64,000 nucleotides of DNA from a virus (IMGVR_UViG_3300014204_000114:96001-160000), one strand, 5' to 3'; counted from the first letter of the stretch, positions 51,555-62,389 are shown. Notes: a model not told the origin generated them from the letters alone. A program made the numbers and translations.

Positions 51555-52674
51555 TTATAGCCTCCAGTCTGTTTTTCATAAGCTGGCCGACCGTAGTGAA
51601 GTTATAATTAGCTAACATGTCTTTACGAGCTTTTTCGCCCTTTTTTATTGCCTCTTCGCGGTTTTCGTATACATGCCTCATTAAGTCTCTGCAATGTAAT
51701 GTATGAGGTTGAGCCCAGTTTTGATTCCCATTATATAATCCGCACCAAGGCATATGAGCTACGGGGACTTCGTGGCAGTCTATTAAGTATGAATTAGATT
51801 CATTCATAAAATCTAAGTGAGAGGAGTAATTTGTAGCTATACAAGGCTTACCCATTAGCATAGCCTCGGCATAAGGCATACCAAAACCTTCGGCCCGGGT
51901 AGGCAGAACAAAACAATCCCCAAGAGCATTAAGTCTTATCATATCTTCTTTAGGTAAAATATTACCTATAAAATATACAGGGGGATAATTCTGCATATTC
52001 ATATCTATCTTCATTCTTTGGATTTCGCTTTTTATGATATTCTGTTCGCTTTGGGAATCGTTGGAGCGGTACGACTTTATTATCAGAACTACTTTATCAT
52101 TAGAAGTAAACGCTGCATAATAAGCTTTTAAAAGCCCCAAAAAATTCTTGCGTTCCGTCCATTGCCCTATAGCATAAAATTTATAAGCATCAGGGCCCAA
52201 TCCATCTATCTTCAAAGGTTCTATTTTAGGATCGTATTCACTTATATCGAGAGGAGTAGGCATTACAGTTATAGGAATTTTTATGCCGTCTCTTTTATAT
52301 GTCTCCGCGTTCCATTTGCACGAAGCCCAAATTTCCTGCATGAAAGGAGTGTTCTGTATCCAAAGTTCCGGAGTTTTACTTGTCTCCCAGTAAGGAAACG
52401 AAATATTATACTTAAGTTGTTCGTGGAACTTTTTGCAGTGTTCCATACCTACATGCATTATAACGAATTGATAAGGTATAGATCTATCTACTAAAGACTT
52501 AACTATCTCTCCGGTCTTACCGTAATCAGTTCTTGCTTTGTCCCAACTAACCACTTTAACAGTAACGTCAACTCCTGCTTTATGAAGCGCCGCGATACAA
52601 TTTCTATTAGCTTCTGCGTATCCAGAAGGATCAAATACGGGACCTATGTACTTTACACCTATTCTTTTAGTCAC
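51544..52674 (-). CDS. GT4 glycosyltransferase
   Basis: SGY, WET, ERKN, TRAEGFGMPYAEAM..GKP. Confidence 0.9.
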   Translation of the reverse strand: MTKRIGVKYIGPVFDPSGYAEANRNCIAALHKAGVDVTVKVVSWDKARTDYGKTGEIVKSLVDRSIPYQFVIMHVGMEHCKKFHEQLKYNISFPYWETSKTPELWIQNTPFMQEIWASCKWNAETYKRDGIKIPITVMPTPLDISEYDPKIEPLKIDGLGPDAYKFYAIGQWTERKNFLGLLKAYYAAFTSNDKVVLIIKSYRSNDSQSEQNIIKSEIQRMKIDMNMQNYPPVYFIGNILPKEDMIRLNALGDCFVLPTRAEGFGMPYAEAMLMGKPCIATNYSSHLDFMNESNSYLIDCHEVPVAHMPWCGLYNGNQNWAQPHTLHCRDLMRHVYENREEAIKKGEKARKDMLANYNFTTVGQLMKNRLEAINVG

Positions 52675-53951
52675 TACATTACCTTTGCTTTGGTGATTAA
52701 TTCTTGTTTTGATTTTAACGCGGCTTTAATAAAAACTTCTTTCCATTTCTCACAAACATTTTGCCAGCTGTTATCTATACAAAACTGTTTGGCGTTTTTC
52801 TTTACCTCTTCAATTTTAGGATCGTTACTCTTAACCATATTATATACCAGATCCATTTTCTCGACAAGGTCTTCTACGTTAGTTTGAGGTCTGAATCCTG
52901 AAGAATCAACTACTGTCATATTAGAAAGAATATCACCTGACTTTACTAGGAAGCCGCGCTCGGAATTTTCTCCTAAGATCTCAGCGAGAGAAGTATTATT
53001 GGGGCCTATATAGATACACTCGGACGACATGCATTCTGTGGTCGTCAAAGACCATCCTTCACCTAGGGTAGTACTCACAAATGCGTCCGCAGCATTGTAA
53101 ACCATATTGATATACGAGTCTGTGTAAGCAGGGTTCTTATAAATACCCATCGGCATATTTACGCACTTCTCGCTAAAGTTTAAATCCGCAGCAATCTGAA
53201 TAAGATTCAGTCCGTTATCTATTGGGTCCGCGTGAATATATAATATGTTATCCTGATGTTTTTCCCTAAAAGCCCTGTAGGCTAACAGAGTTCTCGCTAT
53301 GTCTTTCCTTAAGCTGTTTCTATTTACATTAACAAATAAGAACTTATCTTCGGGGACTTTAAGTATGTCTCTTCGAAATACCTTTATGACATCCCTGTCA
53401 GGTATTTTATGGTAGATATTCCCATCTACTCCATGGTAGATATATGCAAGCTTTTCAAAGACTTGCGGCGGGAGAGTTTTCTTACACTCGTCCATTGCAA
53501 ACTTAGTATATGTTACGGGAAAGTCCGCGGCCTCTACCATTCCCATATGTTGTTTCTGCAGATGACAGTCAATAGGAAAGTAATAGACTAAAGAGAAGTG
53601 TTTTCTTTTATTCCCTGCGAGATTAGCCTGAATCTGAACTAACTTTTCAGCTACATGACTTACAGAGAACGTATCATTAATGATAAAAATAACATCGTAT
53701 TTTCCGGACTGAGCGAACTCAAGGAAGGCTTTAGAGCCATATGGATCTTTTGAGTCTTTTAAAATCGCAGGAACTATCTGATAAGGGAACTCTTCTCTGT
53801 TGTAAAAGTCGCCGAAAAAATTTATAGCGAACTGATCAAATTCAAAAAGTCCGGTTGAGTAAACATGCTTAAGAATATTACGAGCTACATTTCCAAACCC
53901 CGTTCTTGCTGTTACGGAGTCTGACCATACCAGTACATTGTACTTTTCCAT
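52674..53951 (-). CDS. GT4 glycosyltransferase
   Basis: TGFG, HGVD, NRNSLRKD, YNAADAFVSTTLGEGWSL...E. Confidence 0.9.
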   Translation of the reverse strand: MEKYNVLVWSDSVTARTGFGNVARNILKHVYSTGLFEFDQFAINFFGDFYNREEFPYQIVPAILKDSKDPYGSKAFLEFAQSGKYDVIFIINDTFSVSHVAEKLVQIQANLAGNKRKHFSLVYYFPIDCHLQKQHMGMVEAADFPVTYTKFAMDECKKTLPPQVFEKLAYIYHGVDGNIYHKIPDRDVIKVFRRDILKVPEDKFLFVNVNRNSLRKDIARTLLAYRAFREKHQDNILYIHADPIDNGLNLIQIAADLNFSEKCVNMPMGIYKNPAYTDSYINMVYNAADAFVSTTLGEGWSLTTTECMSSECIYIGPNNTSLAEILGENSERGFLVKSGDILSNMTVVDSSGFRPQTNVEDLVEKMDLVYNMVKSNDPKIEEVKKNAKQFCIDNSWQNVCEKWKEVFIKAALKSKQELITKAKVM

Positions 53952-53961
53952 ATTACCCTTT

Positions 53962-55068
53962 CTAAAGTATGTCAGCTTTTATTAAATCTGTTGCTATTTG
54001 AAGTGTTTTAACTTCCTGTTTATAACCTACGCTTATCTTCCCCAATTTACCTAATATATTCTTAGTAAGGTCGAATATTGTATCTTCGTTGAATGTTCTC
54101 ATGCATGCCATTGCGCTTTGGCAATTACCGTACCAACAAGGATAACACGCTAATCTTTTCCCGCCTTCTATAGCTATAATGTTTTTATAGAGGCTCACCC
54201 TTGAAGGAGCATATGTAGGACCAAATATTGCCACCCCAGGCTTCTCCAGAGCCCCTGCAACGTGTAGAAGGCTTGAGTCTGGCACAATGACCATATGACA
54301 CTCATTAATGACTGCAGCGACCTGTCTGATGCTGTAGTCCTTCATTTCCGTAACTCGATCAAAGCTCCATCTGGTTTTATACTTATTTGAATAGGTAAAG
54401 ACTATAATAAACGCATTTGGATATTCATTAGTTATCTTAGCTATGGATCTTTTTATGACATTTATGTCAGGGTCTCTTCTGTCTGTAGAAGAGTTGGCTT
54501 GCACGCCTATTATTATTCTGGATGGACTTTTGGTTATGCCGATTTTTTCTATGAATTTCTTAGCCCACTTCTGCTCTTCGTCAGTTACTACATAGATAGG
54601 AAGATAAGAAGAAGGAGAGACTCCCGCATGCTCGGCAAATATTTCCATTCTTGAAGGAGGAGTAGATTTAGGCTGTTCTAGAGCAACACAAGGACAAGTC
54701 ATTCTGGAAAATATATCAAAGCCAGCTTCTCTTACAGCTTTTGAATTTTCTATCTTATCTATAAAAGGGTTATTTAAAAGGATGTCTTTAAGTGAGCCGT
54801 TTAAGTAAGAAGGGTCTACCGCGAATGTAAGGTGGCACCCGGGAAACATTTCCTTATATCCAAGACAAGTAGGAGTGATCATTAAGACGTCGCCTATACC
54901 GCCCCTATCTCTATGGACACATACAGATATTTTCTTCTTACCTTCGATAATGTCTTTTAGTCTGGCCGGTTGGAGATTTAATGAAACTGATTCATTGCTG
55001 TCCCTATTAGGCTTCAGTACGCCCGGTTTGCTTGGTCTCACTATCCCACCTATCAATCTATTGTTCAT
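53962..55068 (-). CDS. GT9 (heptosyltransferase-like) glycosyltransferase
   Basis: GGIGDVLMITP, PDSSLLHVAGAL..P.VAIFGPT. Confidence 0.9.
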   Translation of the reverse strand: MNNRLIGGIVRPSKPGVLKPNRDSNESVSLNLQPARLKDIIEGKKKISVCVHRDRGGIGDVLMITPTCLGYKEMFPGCHLTFAVDPSYLNGSLKDILLNNPFIDKIENSKAVREAGFDIFSRMTCPCVALEQPKSTPPSRMEIFAEHAGVSPSSYLPIYVVTDEEQKWAKKFIEKIGITKSPSRIIIGVQANSSTDRRDPDINVIKRSIAKITNEYPNAFIIVFTYSNKYKTRWSFDRVTEMKDYSIRQVAAVINECHMVIVPDSSLLHVAGALEKPGVAIFGPTYAPSRVSLYKNIIAIEGGKRLACYPCWYGNCQSAMACMRTFNEDTIFDLTKNILGKLGKISVGYKQEVKTLQIATDLIKADIL

Positions 55069-56132
55069 ATGCTTGTTGCTATCGTGCAGCCTCTTGCTAT
55101 TGTATAAATGCCGTTTTTAGTTCTTTCTACCGAAGTAGGATTGAACTGTAGAGGAGTACTCGTTAGTTGGTTTTTGAACACTTCTACAAAACCGTCTATT
55201 AGGGATGTCCCGCCAGCTATAACTACAGGCATATCTCTTAAATTATTAAGGTTCTTATTCTTTAGAGCGTTGACTGTATAAGCTACGGAGTACTCTATCA
55301 TTCTTTTATAATAGCCAGCTATAGCTAGATGGAGATCGTCAGAATCGTTTGGTTTGAATATGTTAACGCCGCCTTTTTCTTTTTCCATCTGGACTACACT
55401 GTCTTTAAGATTAGTGGCAATCGCGGCATTTCTATCAACCCAGTCTCCTGAACGAACTACTGAAAAAGTAAAGATTTCTTCGCCTTCAGCTACGATAACT
55501 ATATTAACCATACCGGCACCGTAATCAAAAACCATACCAGTAAGGTCGTTATCTAAGAGTTCAGAATAAGCAACTGCGGTAGCTTCATTTAAAGCCTCAG
55601 CATCATACCCTAAAGCTGTAAGCCAAGTCTTCATAAAGTCCTGGTGGTAGCCAACTGAGAAGTCTTCCGAGCTTTCGTCTACAGGTGCCGCCGGGATAGA
55701 ATAAATAAGCTTCTCGCCTTTAGCGATAGGTTCCCCCACAACATCTTTTATAAGTGCTTTTAGAACAGGGAATGCATCCTTCTGACCCGGAGAAAGGACT
55801 CCACGTTTCATAGGTCTTTCCGCGGATTCATTCTTTTCTATAGCTTTTCCGATTGCATCTTCGCCAAGAACATAGAAGGTATTAGTTTCGGAGTCCTTAT
55901 AAAACTTTTTCCCTGCAAGACCCTTCTCAATCATAGATCCAGCTAAAGGAGTAGAGGGTTTAATTTTAAAATATGCGTCGCGGATTAAAGAATACTCAAC
56001 CCCGTTTTCCTTTTCCCTTCCAGAGATAATAGTAGCGGTCCCAATATCAAGACCGCATCCTGCTTTTAACCCCATACTATTTACCTTTCTTGAATCTTCT
56101 GAGTTTTTCTTTTTGCTCTTCGATTGCGTCAT
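55065..56132 (-). CDS. actin-like ATPase (MreB/MamK superfamily)
   Basis: Phosphate-1 GLDIGT, connect-1 NEATAV, phosphate-2 DYGAG, adenosine IAGGTS. The likely start is ATG 56075. Confidence 0.85.
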   Translation of the reverse strand: MTQSKSKKKNSEDSRKVNSMGLKAGCGLDIGTATIISGREKENGVEYSLIRDAYFKIKPSTPLAGSMIEKGLAGKKFYKDSETNTFYVLGEDAIGKAIEKNESAERPMKRGVLSPGQKDAFPVLKALIKDVVGEPIAKGEKLIYSIPAAPVDESSEDFSVGYHQDFMKTWLTALGYDAEALNEATAVAYSELLDNDLTGMVFDYGAGMVNIVIVAEGEEIFTFSVVRSGDWVDRNAAIATNLKDSVVQMEKEKGGVNIFKPNDSDDLHLAIAGYYKRMIEYSVAYTVNALKNKNLNNLRDMPVVIAGGTSLIDGFVEVFKNQLTSTPLQFNPTSVERTKNGIYTIARGCTIATSI

Positions 56133-56878
56133 CTGTTGATTCCTTTTCTACTTCGACTCCAATAAAACTAACTTTACTTTTAGCCCCAAGGACCATAATT
56201 GTATCGTCGGTCTTCGGAACTTCTATTCCATCCTTAATCATATTTTGTATGTTACCAGAAACGCTTAAGGATTGCAAGTACTTTTTTATCTCTATTTTAA
56301 CTTCGGCGGCTATCTTAGAAGCAAGATCCTGGATTTCTTTATCTGACATATCAGATTTAACCCCGAATTCTTTATTTAAATTCGGGAGATTAATCCTTAC
56401 CTGTTGCATTTCTTCTCCTCTTCCAGGAATAAAACTCCTGACGAGCTTGCCTCCCTTAAGTTTGTAGTTAAACATTAAACCTTTTAATATTTTGCAAATT
56501 AAATCAAACACTTACAATATGCTTATAATGGTCGTTGATGTACCGTCGCACTCCATTAATATCTCGCAGATAGGCATATCTTTAGACATAACAAGCTGAA
56601 CTCCGGAAGCAATCTGGAACGGACTCATAGATAAGTCTGTATCTTCATCCCTATTGAACCATACTCTAAGATCGTCTGTCCCAACTATGGTAACTTCTTT
56701 AGCCCATCTGCCGAGATCAGCCTCGCAATCAATCCTAAAACCATTCCCGGAACCTCCGGAAACAGTTATAGTATAGTTCTGATAGCGCTTAACCATATCC
56801 ATTCCGTTATATACTGGATAACTAACTGTAGTTACTGACATTTTTAAATTCTCCTTTTGTGCCTATCTGCACATTTTT

Positions 56879-56906
56879 ATTATAACATCATTTTATTCGA
56901 CAGCAA
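56879..56906 (-). promoter_or_regulatory. extended -10 promoter for the actin/glycan operon
   Basis: Minus strand TTGCTG-16-TATAAT with TGn. Confidence 0.5.
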
Positions 56907-57138
56907 GTTCGAACTCACGCCTGAATTCATCGTCTTGCATAACCCTAATAACGCCAGAAGAGTACTCCAATATCCACATACCGGACGAAACAAATTTAGA
57001 TGTCAGCCCCATCAGTACACCACCTTCATAATATGGTATATAAACATTCCCCTCTTCAGTCACCTGTATAGCTTTAACGGTCGTCCTTTTATATTCAGGA
57101 GCTGAAAAAATTGTACTTACGTCTAATATATCTGACAT
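56893..57138 (-). CDS. third member of the V.AIQ...WIL small protein family
   Basis: VKAIQ...GMWIL...MQDDEFRREFE. Confidence 0.5.
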   Translation of the reverse strand: MSDILDVSTIFSAPEYKRTTVKAIQVTEEGNVYIPYYEGGVLMGLTSKFVSSGMWILEYSSGVIRVMQDDEFRREFELAVE

Positions 57139-57147
57139 ATTCCCTCC

Positions 57148-57828
57148 TTATATATACTCTATTGTTAAAGACCTAAAATAAACATCAGCGGGAGCCGCTG
57201 CTACTGCTGTTCTTGTTAAAAATACTAAACGATTACCGGTGTAACTCCTTATTGATGTATGCCCTTCATAATCATGCCATGCTGAATCTTGTGGGTCATA
57301 ACAACTAATACATCCATTTTGATGTTTCAATTTATAAGTTTGAATTCCAGGATTGGTTTTTGCTGTTCCGGTCCAAACAGCCACGCCAGTATCACCTCCA
57401 CTATTTGATACTAGCATTGCTTGAAATTGATGAACCACAGTACTATTATCTCTAACTTGTAAAAAATAACCACTATGATTAGAATCTGAAATATCCCCAA
57501 AAAACAAATAAGCAGTTTCACTAACATCAATCTGAGCATGTTTTAATTGTATTGTCATTATAAAGTCGGCATATTTTAATGGTAACATAAAAGCGGAACA
57601 GTGATTTTTAACTGCAACTACTGTTGGTAGCCAACCCTCTCCTGCTACATAATTCCAAGTACCATCAATACTGTAAGCACTTGCTCCAATCATCCCTGCA
57701 ACAGATAACGGAAATAGACTAGTTATATCATCATTAAAAACTAACCCCTTAGCTTTACAAGCAGCCTTTGTAGTGTCAGTATTAATAAAATCAAAAGATA
57801 AATTTTTAGGTTGTGGTATATACGACAT
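57148..57828 (-). CDS. beta-rich paralog 3 (lectin/receptor-binding-like)
   Basis: MSY..P.N.SFDF...KA.C...WHDYEGH shared with its two neighbours. Confidence 0.55.
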   Translation of the reverse strand: MSYIPQPKNLSFDFINTDTTKAACKAKGLVFNDDITSLFPLSVAGMIGASAYSIDGTWNYVAGEGWLPTVVAVKNHCSAFMLPLKYADFIMTIQLKHAQIDVSETAYLFFGDISDSNHSGYFLQVRDNSTVVHQFQAMLVSNSGGDTGVAVWTGTAKTNPGIQTYKLKHQNGCISCYDPQDSAWHDYEGHTSIRSYTGNRLVFLTRTAVAAAPADVYFRSLTIEYI

Positions 57829-58511
57829 TATATTTCACTATTCGCTAAATAAGTTATATCTAATTTTTGTAAATATACAGGAGCTAAATTAATTTCTGTA
57901 TATTTATAAACTCCTACAAAAACATGACTATATGAATAACTTAATCCCGCGACTTGATGTCCTTCATATTCATGCCAGCTATCATCCAAATCATCATAAA
58001 CAGATAAGACGCTATTAATAGACTTAAATTTATAAATTCTATTACCTGTTCCCGCTAACGCTGCTCCAACATATTGATTAGTATAAGAATCATCACCATC
58101 ATTAGTATCTAAAATACATACTAATTCACTTGCGGCAGCATTAATATCAAGCATACGAGCAAAAGCACCTAAATGATTTGAAGGTGTTAAGCCGCCTAAA
58201 ATAATAGCAACTTCGTCTCCGTCAGCAGCAGGTTCAAAATCTAAGTATAGATCAGCTTGCCAGTCTCCTCTTTCCAATTTAATTATAAATCCTGCAATTT
58301 GATCATCACCCTGTCCAGAAGATAACCAACCAGTATCAGCAGTGTATGCCCACGTGCCACCAAACGCCGTATATATACCTAACGAAGTTGGAAACAAACA
58401 ATCTACATCATCATTAAACCAAATTTTTGCAGCATTGCACTTAGCTTTGGTATCATAATCTGTACCAGTAAAATCAAAAGACTGATTAATTGGATTTGAA
58501 CTATAACTCAT
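57828..58511 (-). CDS. beta-rich paralog 2
   Basis: Same motifs as its neighbours. Confidence 0.55.
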   Translation of the reverse strand: MSYSSNPINQSFDFTGTDYDTKAKCNAAKIWFNDDVDCLFPTSLGIYTAFGGTWAYTADTGWLSSGQGDDQIAGFIIKLERGDWQADLYLDFEPAADGDEVAIILGGLTPSNHLGAFARMLDINAAASELVCILDTNDGDDSYTNQYVGAALAGTGNRIYKFKSINSVLSVYDDLDDSWHEYEGHQVAGLSYSYSHVFVGVYKYTEINLAPVYLQKLDITYLANSEI

Positions 58512-59196
58512 TGTTATTTATATACGTTATATCAATTTTTCTAATGTAAATAGGCGCTAATGCTTTAGCCGCAGTTTTGTAATTAAAGAACCCAACATAA
58601 TTATAAGTATAACTCCTACCTACGTCTTGATGTCCTTCATAATCGTTCCAGCTATCATTTTGATCATCATATATAGAAATGACGCCATTAACAGATTTTA
58701 CTTTTAAATACCTAACACCAGTTCCCGCTAACGCAGCTCCAGTGTATTTATTTGTTAAAGTATCATCTCCGTCATTTGTCCATAAATTCCATACCAATTG
58801 AGGGGCACCTGCATCATCATTTTCATCATATGCCTGACCCCCAAAACCGATATGATTTGAATCAGTGATACAGCAAATACGCATATAGCCTCTTTCGTTA
58901 GCTGCACCACTTTCCTCATAATCAAATTCTAAATCTACTTGAAAATTTTGTTTCGTTAGCCTAATAATAAAATCTGCATTCTGACTCTCCCCTATACTAG
59001 ATGCAATCCAACCATTGCCAGCAGAATGAGTCCACGTACCACTCTGAACTGTAAACCCAGCTATACCAAAACTTGTAGGGTAGTAACCACCATCATCATG
59101 AAAATATATCCCGGCGGCATTACATTTAGCCTTAGTGTTATACTGAGTGCCTGTAAAGTCAAAAGACTTATTGATTGGATTTGGATAATAACTCAT
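58501..59196 (-). CDS. beta-rich paralog 1
   Basis: Same motifs as its neighbours. Confidence 0.55.
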   Translation of the reverse strand: MSYYPNPINKSFDFTGTQYNTKAKCNAAGIYFHDDGGYYPTSFGIAGFTVQSGTWTHSAGNGWIASSIGESQNADFIIRLTKQNFQVDLEFDYEESGAANERGYMRICCITDSNHIGFGGQAYDENDDAGAPQLVWNLWTNDGDDTLTNKYTGAALAGTGVRYLKVKSVNGVISIYDDQNDSWNDYEGHQDVGRSYTYNYVGFFNYKTAAKALAPIYIRKIDITYINNNEL

Positions 59197-61607
59197 ACTA
59201 TACCGTAATTGATCCCGTCCGTTGTTAGTATAACTGCTCCATAAGACTCTTCGATAGTAAAAGTAGATTGTCCATCAATGGTTTTTCCGTTAGCGTCTAA
59301 AATAATTCCAAACTGATTTGCATGCCCACAAAAATCTTTTACTCTTAAAAAATCCCCGGCATGCCCAGAAGTAGTAGGAAGAGTCAAAGTCCTATCGGCA
59401 GTTAGATCGGTATAACAAATCAATTCCCACCAGGAAGGAGTCGCATAGTCCGCGTCATTTATACCCGAATAAGTAAAACGAGTCGTATCAACATAAGTCT
59501 TAATTGCTTTTTCGGTTGGAACGACCGAGTCTGAATCTCCTGACAAGGTTCCGTCAGTAGAAAATTCGTTTACTGAAGCGCCTGTTGCTAAAGTAAGTGC
59601 TCCGTCAGACCCTAAAGTTACGTTATCCAACCAACCATTTAATTCTGTATATTCGCCGCTTGTTAGATGGTAATACTGATCAGATGTCCCGCCTTGAATA
59701 CCAGTTAAGTTATTGTGAGGAGTTGCTCCACCTACAGAATCATCAACGTACTTCTTAGTTACTATCTGATGGTCAGTAGTAAATGTTTTGCCATCATTAT
59801 AAGATACTATGCCGGTAAAGGCTCTAGTGCCGTCTACCAAACTATATTGAGTATGATCATCATCAGTAAGACCAGTTAAATTCCCATGGTCAGACGCAGC
59901 AGCCATAGTAAATACATTTGTAAAGGCAGACTCGACTGCAATAGGGGCGTCTACGCTTTTCTTAATAATAATCCTACCTACCAAAAGCCCAATCTCACGT
60001 ATATGTACGGGTAGATTAGAAGGAGATTCTACGATCTCGGCTTCTGCGGCTGTATTATATTGAGCTTGGGGATATACAAGAGCTACCCCCGGCGTCCCAT
60101 TATTCATTTCTCCGTACACCCAGACATTACAATATTTATTATTGTCCATTGTTTGGAGAGTAGTCTGAGTGACATCATTCCATTGAGTAACCGAATACTG
60201 CGTAACGTCACTGACCTGCCAGCCGGTTCCCGCTTTATACCAGTAGTATTCTACCGTACCAGATACATTAGTATCTATTCCAGCAAAATCAACCTCGTCT
60301 AAAGTAGCCCAAATAGTCCCGGCAGTAACAGCTATATTTCTGGTGCCAGTCACAGAAAGAATAAGCCCGCCTACCGTTGCATCGCGTCTAATATAACCAA
60401 AGCTTCTTAATGCTTCGGCTATGTTTGTCATCCCGTCCGTAATCCACCAAGGAGAGTAGCCGATATAAATTTCTTCCGCGCCGTTTATAGTTTCATTGAC
60501 TATTCGACCTAGAGGAAATTCGGAATCAAAATCCCAATTATAGCTTGTTCTGGAAACTACTTGCGGAGTACCCGAGTTATATTCTACGCCTATGTATCTT
60601 ATAGAGTCTGCGGGGATTGTTATATCTGCAGGAGCAGGCCAATCAAAAAACATTAGCTGAGCATTATCATCGTCTGTAGCTTTTATAAACCCAGTGCCTG
60701 CCGTAACTGCGACTTTACTAGAACCGGCATCTGTAATAAGTCCGCCGGTCTTTCTTCCACAAGAACCAAACGAATTACAAAAATCATTAATAGTCGAATA
60801 AGTAGGGGTGCCTAAAATCTGGTTGGGTATCTTAACACCATCTTCGTCTATTATAAGTTTAGTGTCAAGTCCGGATGCCATGAACCTGATATCACTACCA
60901 GATTTTCGCGTAGAGATAACTATACCATCAGCCGCCGCACCAAAATCTCCGGTATCTCCAGCTTGTAAAACAATTCTATTGGCTAATGCGGAAGTAGGGT
61001 TATTAATAGAAGTAGTATAGAGACCGCCAATTTGCCCCTCGTCGTTTTCTAAGATCAGGCCAGTTAATGCACTAGACCCAGCGTTTGGATTAGATAGTAT
61101 TGTAATGGCAGAATCATTCTCGTCAGACGAAACTTTAAAGTCTACCCCGGCTGCTAAATTAAGCTTTACATTAGAGCTATCAAATAGTAACTCCGCGTCA
61201 TCCCCGGCTCCTAGAACTACGCCAGCATTATCACCCAAATGAATAGTACCATCTGTTTCTAAAGTAACATTATCTAGCCATGCGTTTACTTCAGTGTACT
61301 CTCCGGAAGTCATATGGTAGTACTGATTAGTAGTACCACCTTGTAAGCCAAGTAAACTATTATGGTTTGTAGTTAATCCAGCAATAGCAGTGTCAACATA
61401 AGTCTTGGTAGCCTTCTCTGTAGGAACAGCAGAGTTTGAATCGCCACTTAAAGTAACATCCGAGGAAAACTCGTTAATTGAGACTCCGGCAGCAAGCTGC
61501 ATAGAGCCATCAGCCCCGAGCGTAACGCTATCCAGCCAATCAGTAAGCTCAGTTACATTGGTAATAACTTTATTATCAGTACTCAGTCCTATTGTTTTTA
61601 TAGGCAT
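59193..61607 (-). CDS. tail fibre / virion fibre protein
   Basis: Repeats EFS.D.TLSGDS.S.VPTEKA.KTYVD and HN.L.G.QGG...YYH, C-terminal TLTLP...GD...VKD...IDG fibre module. Confidence 0.7.
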   Translation of the reverse strand: MPIKTIGLSTDNKVITNVTELTDWLDSVTLGADGSMQLAAGVSINEFSSDVTLSGDSNSAVPTEKATKTYVDTAIAGLTTNHNSLLGLQGGTTNQYYHMTSGEYTEVNAWLDNVTLETDGTIHLGDNAGVVLGAGDDAELLFDSSNVKLNLAAGVDFKVSSDENDSAITILSNPNAGSSALTGLILENDEGQIGGLYTTSINNPTSALANRIVLQAGDTGDFGAAADGIVISTRKSGSDIRFMASGLDTKLIIDEDGVKIPNQILGTPTYSTINDFCNSFGSCGRKTGGLITDAGSSKVAVTAGTGFIKATDDDNAQLMFFDWPAPADITIPADSIRYIGVEYNSGTPQVVSRTSYNWDFDSEFPLGRIVNETINGAEEIYIGYSPWWITDGMTNIAEALRSFGYIRRDATVGGLILSVTGTRNIAVTAGTIWATLDEVDFAGIDTNVSGTVEYYWYKAGTGWQVSDVTQYSVTQWNDVTQTTLQTMDNNKYCNVWVYGEMNNGTPGVALVYPQAQYNTAAEAEIVESPSNLPVHIREIGLLVGRIIIKKSVDAPIAVESAFTNVFTMAAASDHGNLTGLTDDDHTQYSLVDGTRAFTGIVSYNDGKTFTTDHQIVTKKYVDDSVGGATPHNNLTGIQGGTSDQYYHLTSGEYTELNGWLDNVTLGSDGALTLATGASVNEFSTDGTLSGDSDSVVPTEKAIKTYVDTTRFTYSGINDADYATPSWWELICYTDLTADRTLTLPTTSGHAGDFLRVKDFCGHANQFGIILDANGKTIDGQSTFTIEESYGAVILTTDGINYGIV

Positions 61608-61798
61608 AATTTACAACAGTTTATTTACGTCGAATAATATATCATTAACCGTTTTAGTCTCAAGTTCTATAAGGACTAAAACCTTCTTCCGCGCAAGTTC
61701 AAGATCAGCCATTTGTTTATCTAGAAGCTCTATTTGAGCTTTGTGTGAGGCTAACCTCTCATCTATCTTTTTTAACATATCTGTTCTGTCTGACATAG

Positions 61799-62380
61799 CT
61801 ACCTCTTTTGAAAACTTAACTCTTCTATGACAACCCAATACCTTTTTATCATAACGAACTTATCGCCGGGAGTTATTGTAATAATAATTTTATCCCCTTC
61901 TTTTAAAGTCTCATAATAGTTTACAAATATCATATCGTTCGTAGTGGTATAATCCGAAAGTACATTCTCTCCAGCTTGAACATTAAATCTGCAAGAGTCG
62001 CCATCTTTTTCCACATATACTTTAATTTCGTATTCCCCGTCAGTCTTAACAGCAGGAGCGACAAGAAATGGGAGTTCCTTAGAAGTATCCGCGGGGATGT
62101 TTAAAGGTTCGCCAGTATACTTATACACTTTCTCAATTCTGGATCTTGGATCTACTTGAGTTTTTCCTATAAATAACTTGTCAGTTTCAATAAGTCTATT
62201 TGAAAGTGCGTAGGCCTCTTCTAAAACCTTTAGCCGTTTCTCGTGGTCAAGAAAATCTTCTCTGGACAACTGATCTAATATGGCCTCTAAGGGCTTCCTT
62301 ATCCCTAGAAACTCTAATGGATCGCCATTAAATGTTTCATGGCGTTTTGTCTGTTCATTCATTACAACTAATTTTGCCAT
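61799..62380 (-). CDS. hypothetical protein in the virion gene region
   Basis: 193 aa ORF, SD aagga. Confidence 0.55.
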   Translation of the reverse strand: MAKLVVMNEQTKRHETFNGDPLEFLGIRKPLEAILDQLSREDFLDHEKRLKVLEEAYALSNRLIETDKLFIGKTQVDPRSRIEKVYKYTGEPLNIPADTSKELPFLVAPAVKTDGEYEIKVYVEKDGDSCRFNVQAGENVLSDYTTTNDMIFVNYYETLKEGDKIIITITPGDKFVMIKRYWVVIEELSFQKR

Positions 62381-62389
62381 ACTAATCCT

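Noticed and set aside
57148-59196. Diversity-generating retroelement targets
   Set aside because: There is no reverse transcriptase or adenine-specific TR/VR pair in the window. The differences look like ordinary paralog divergence.
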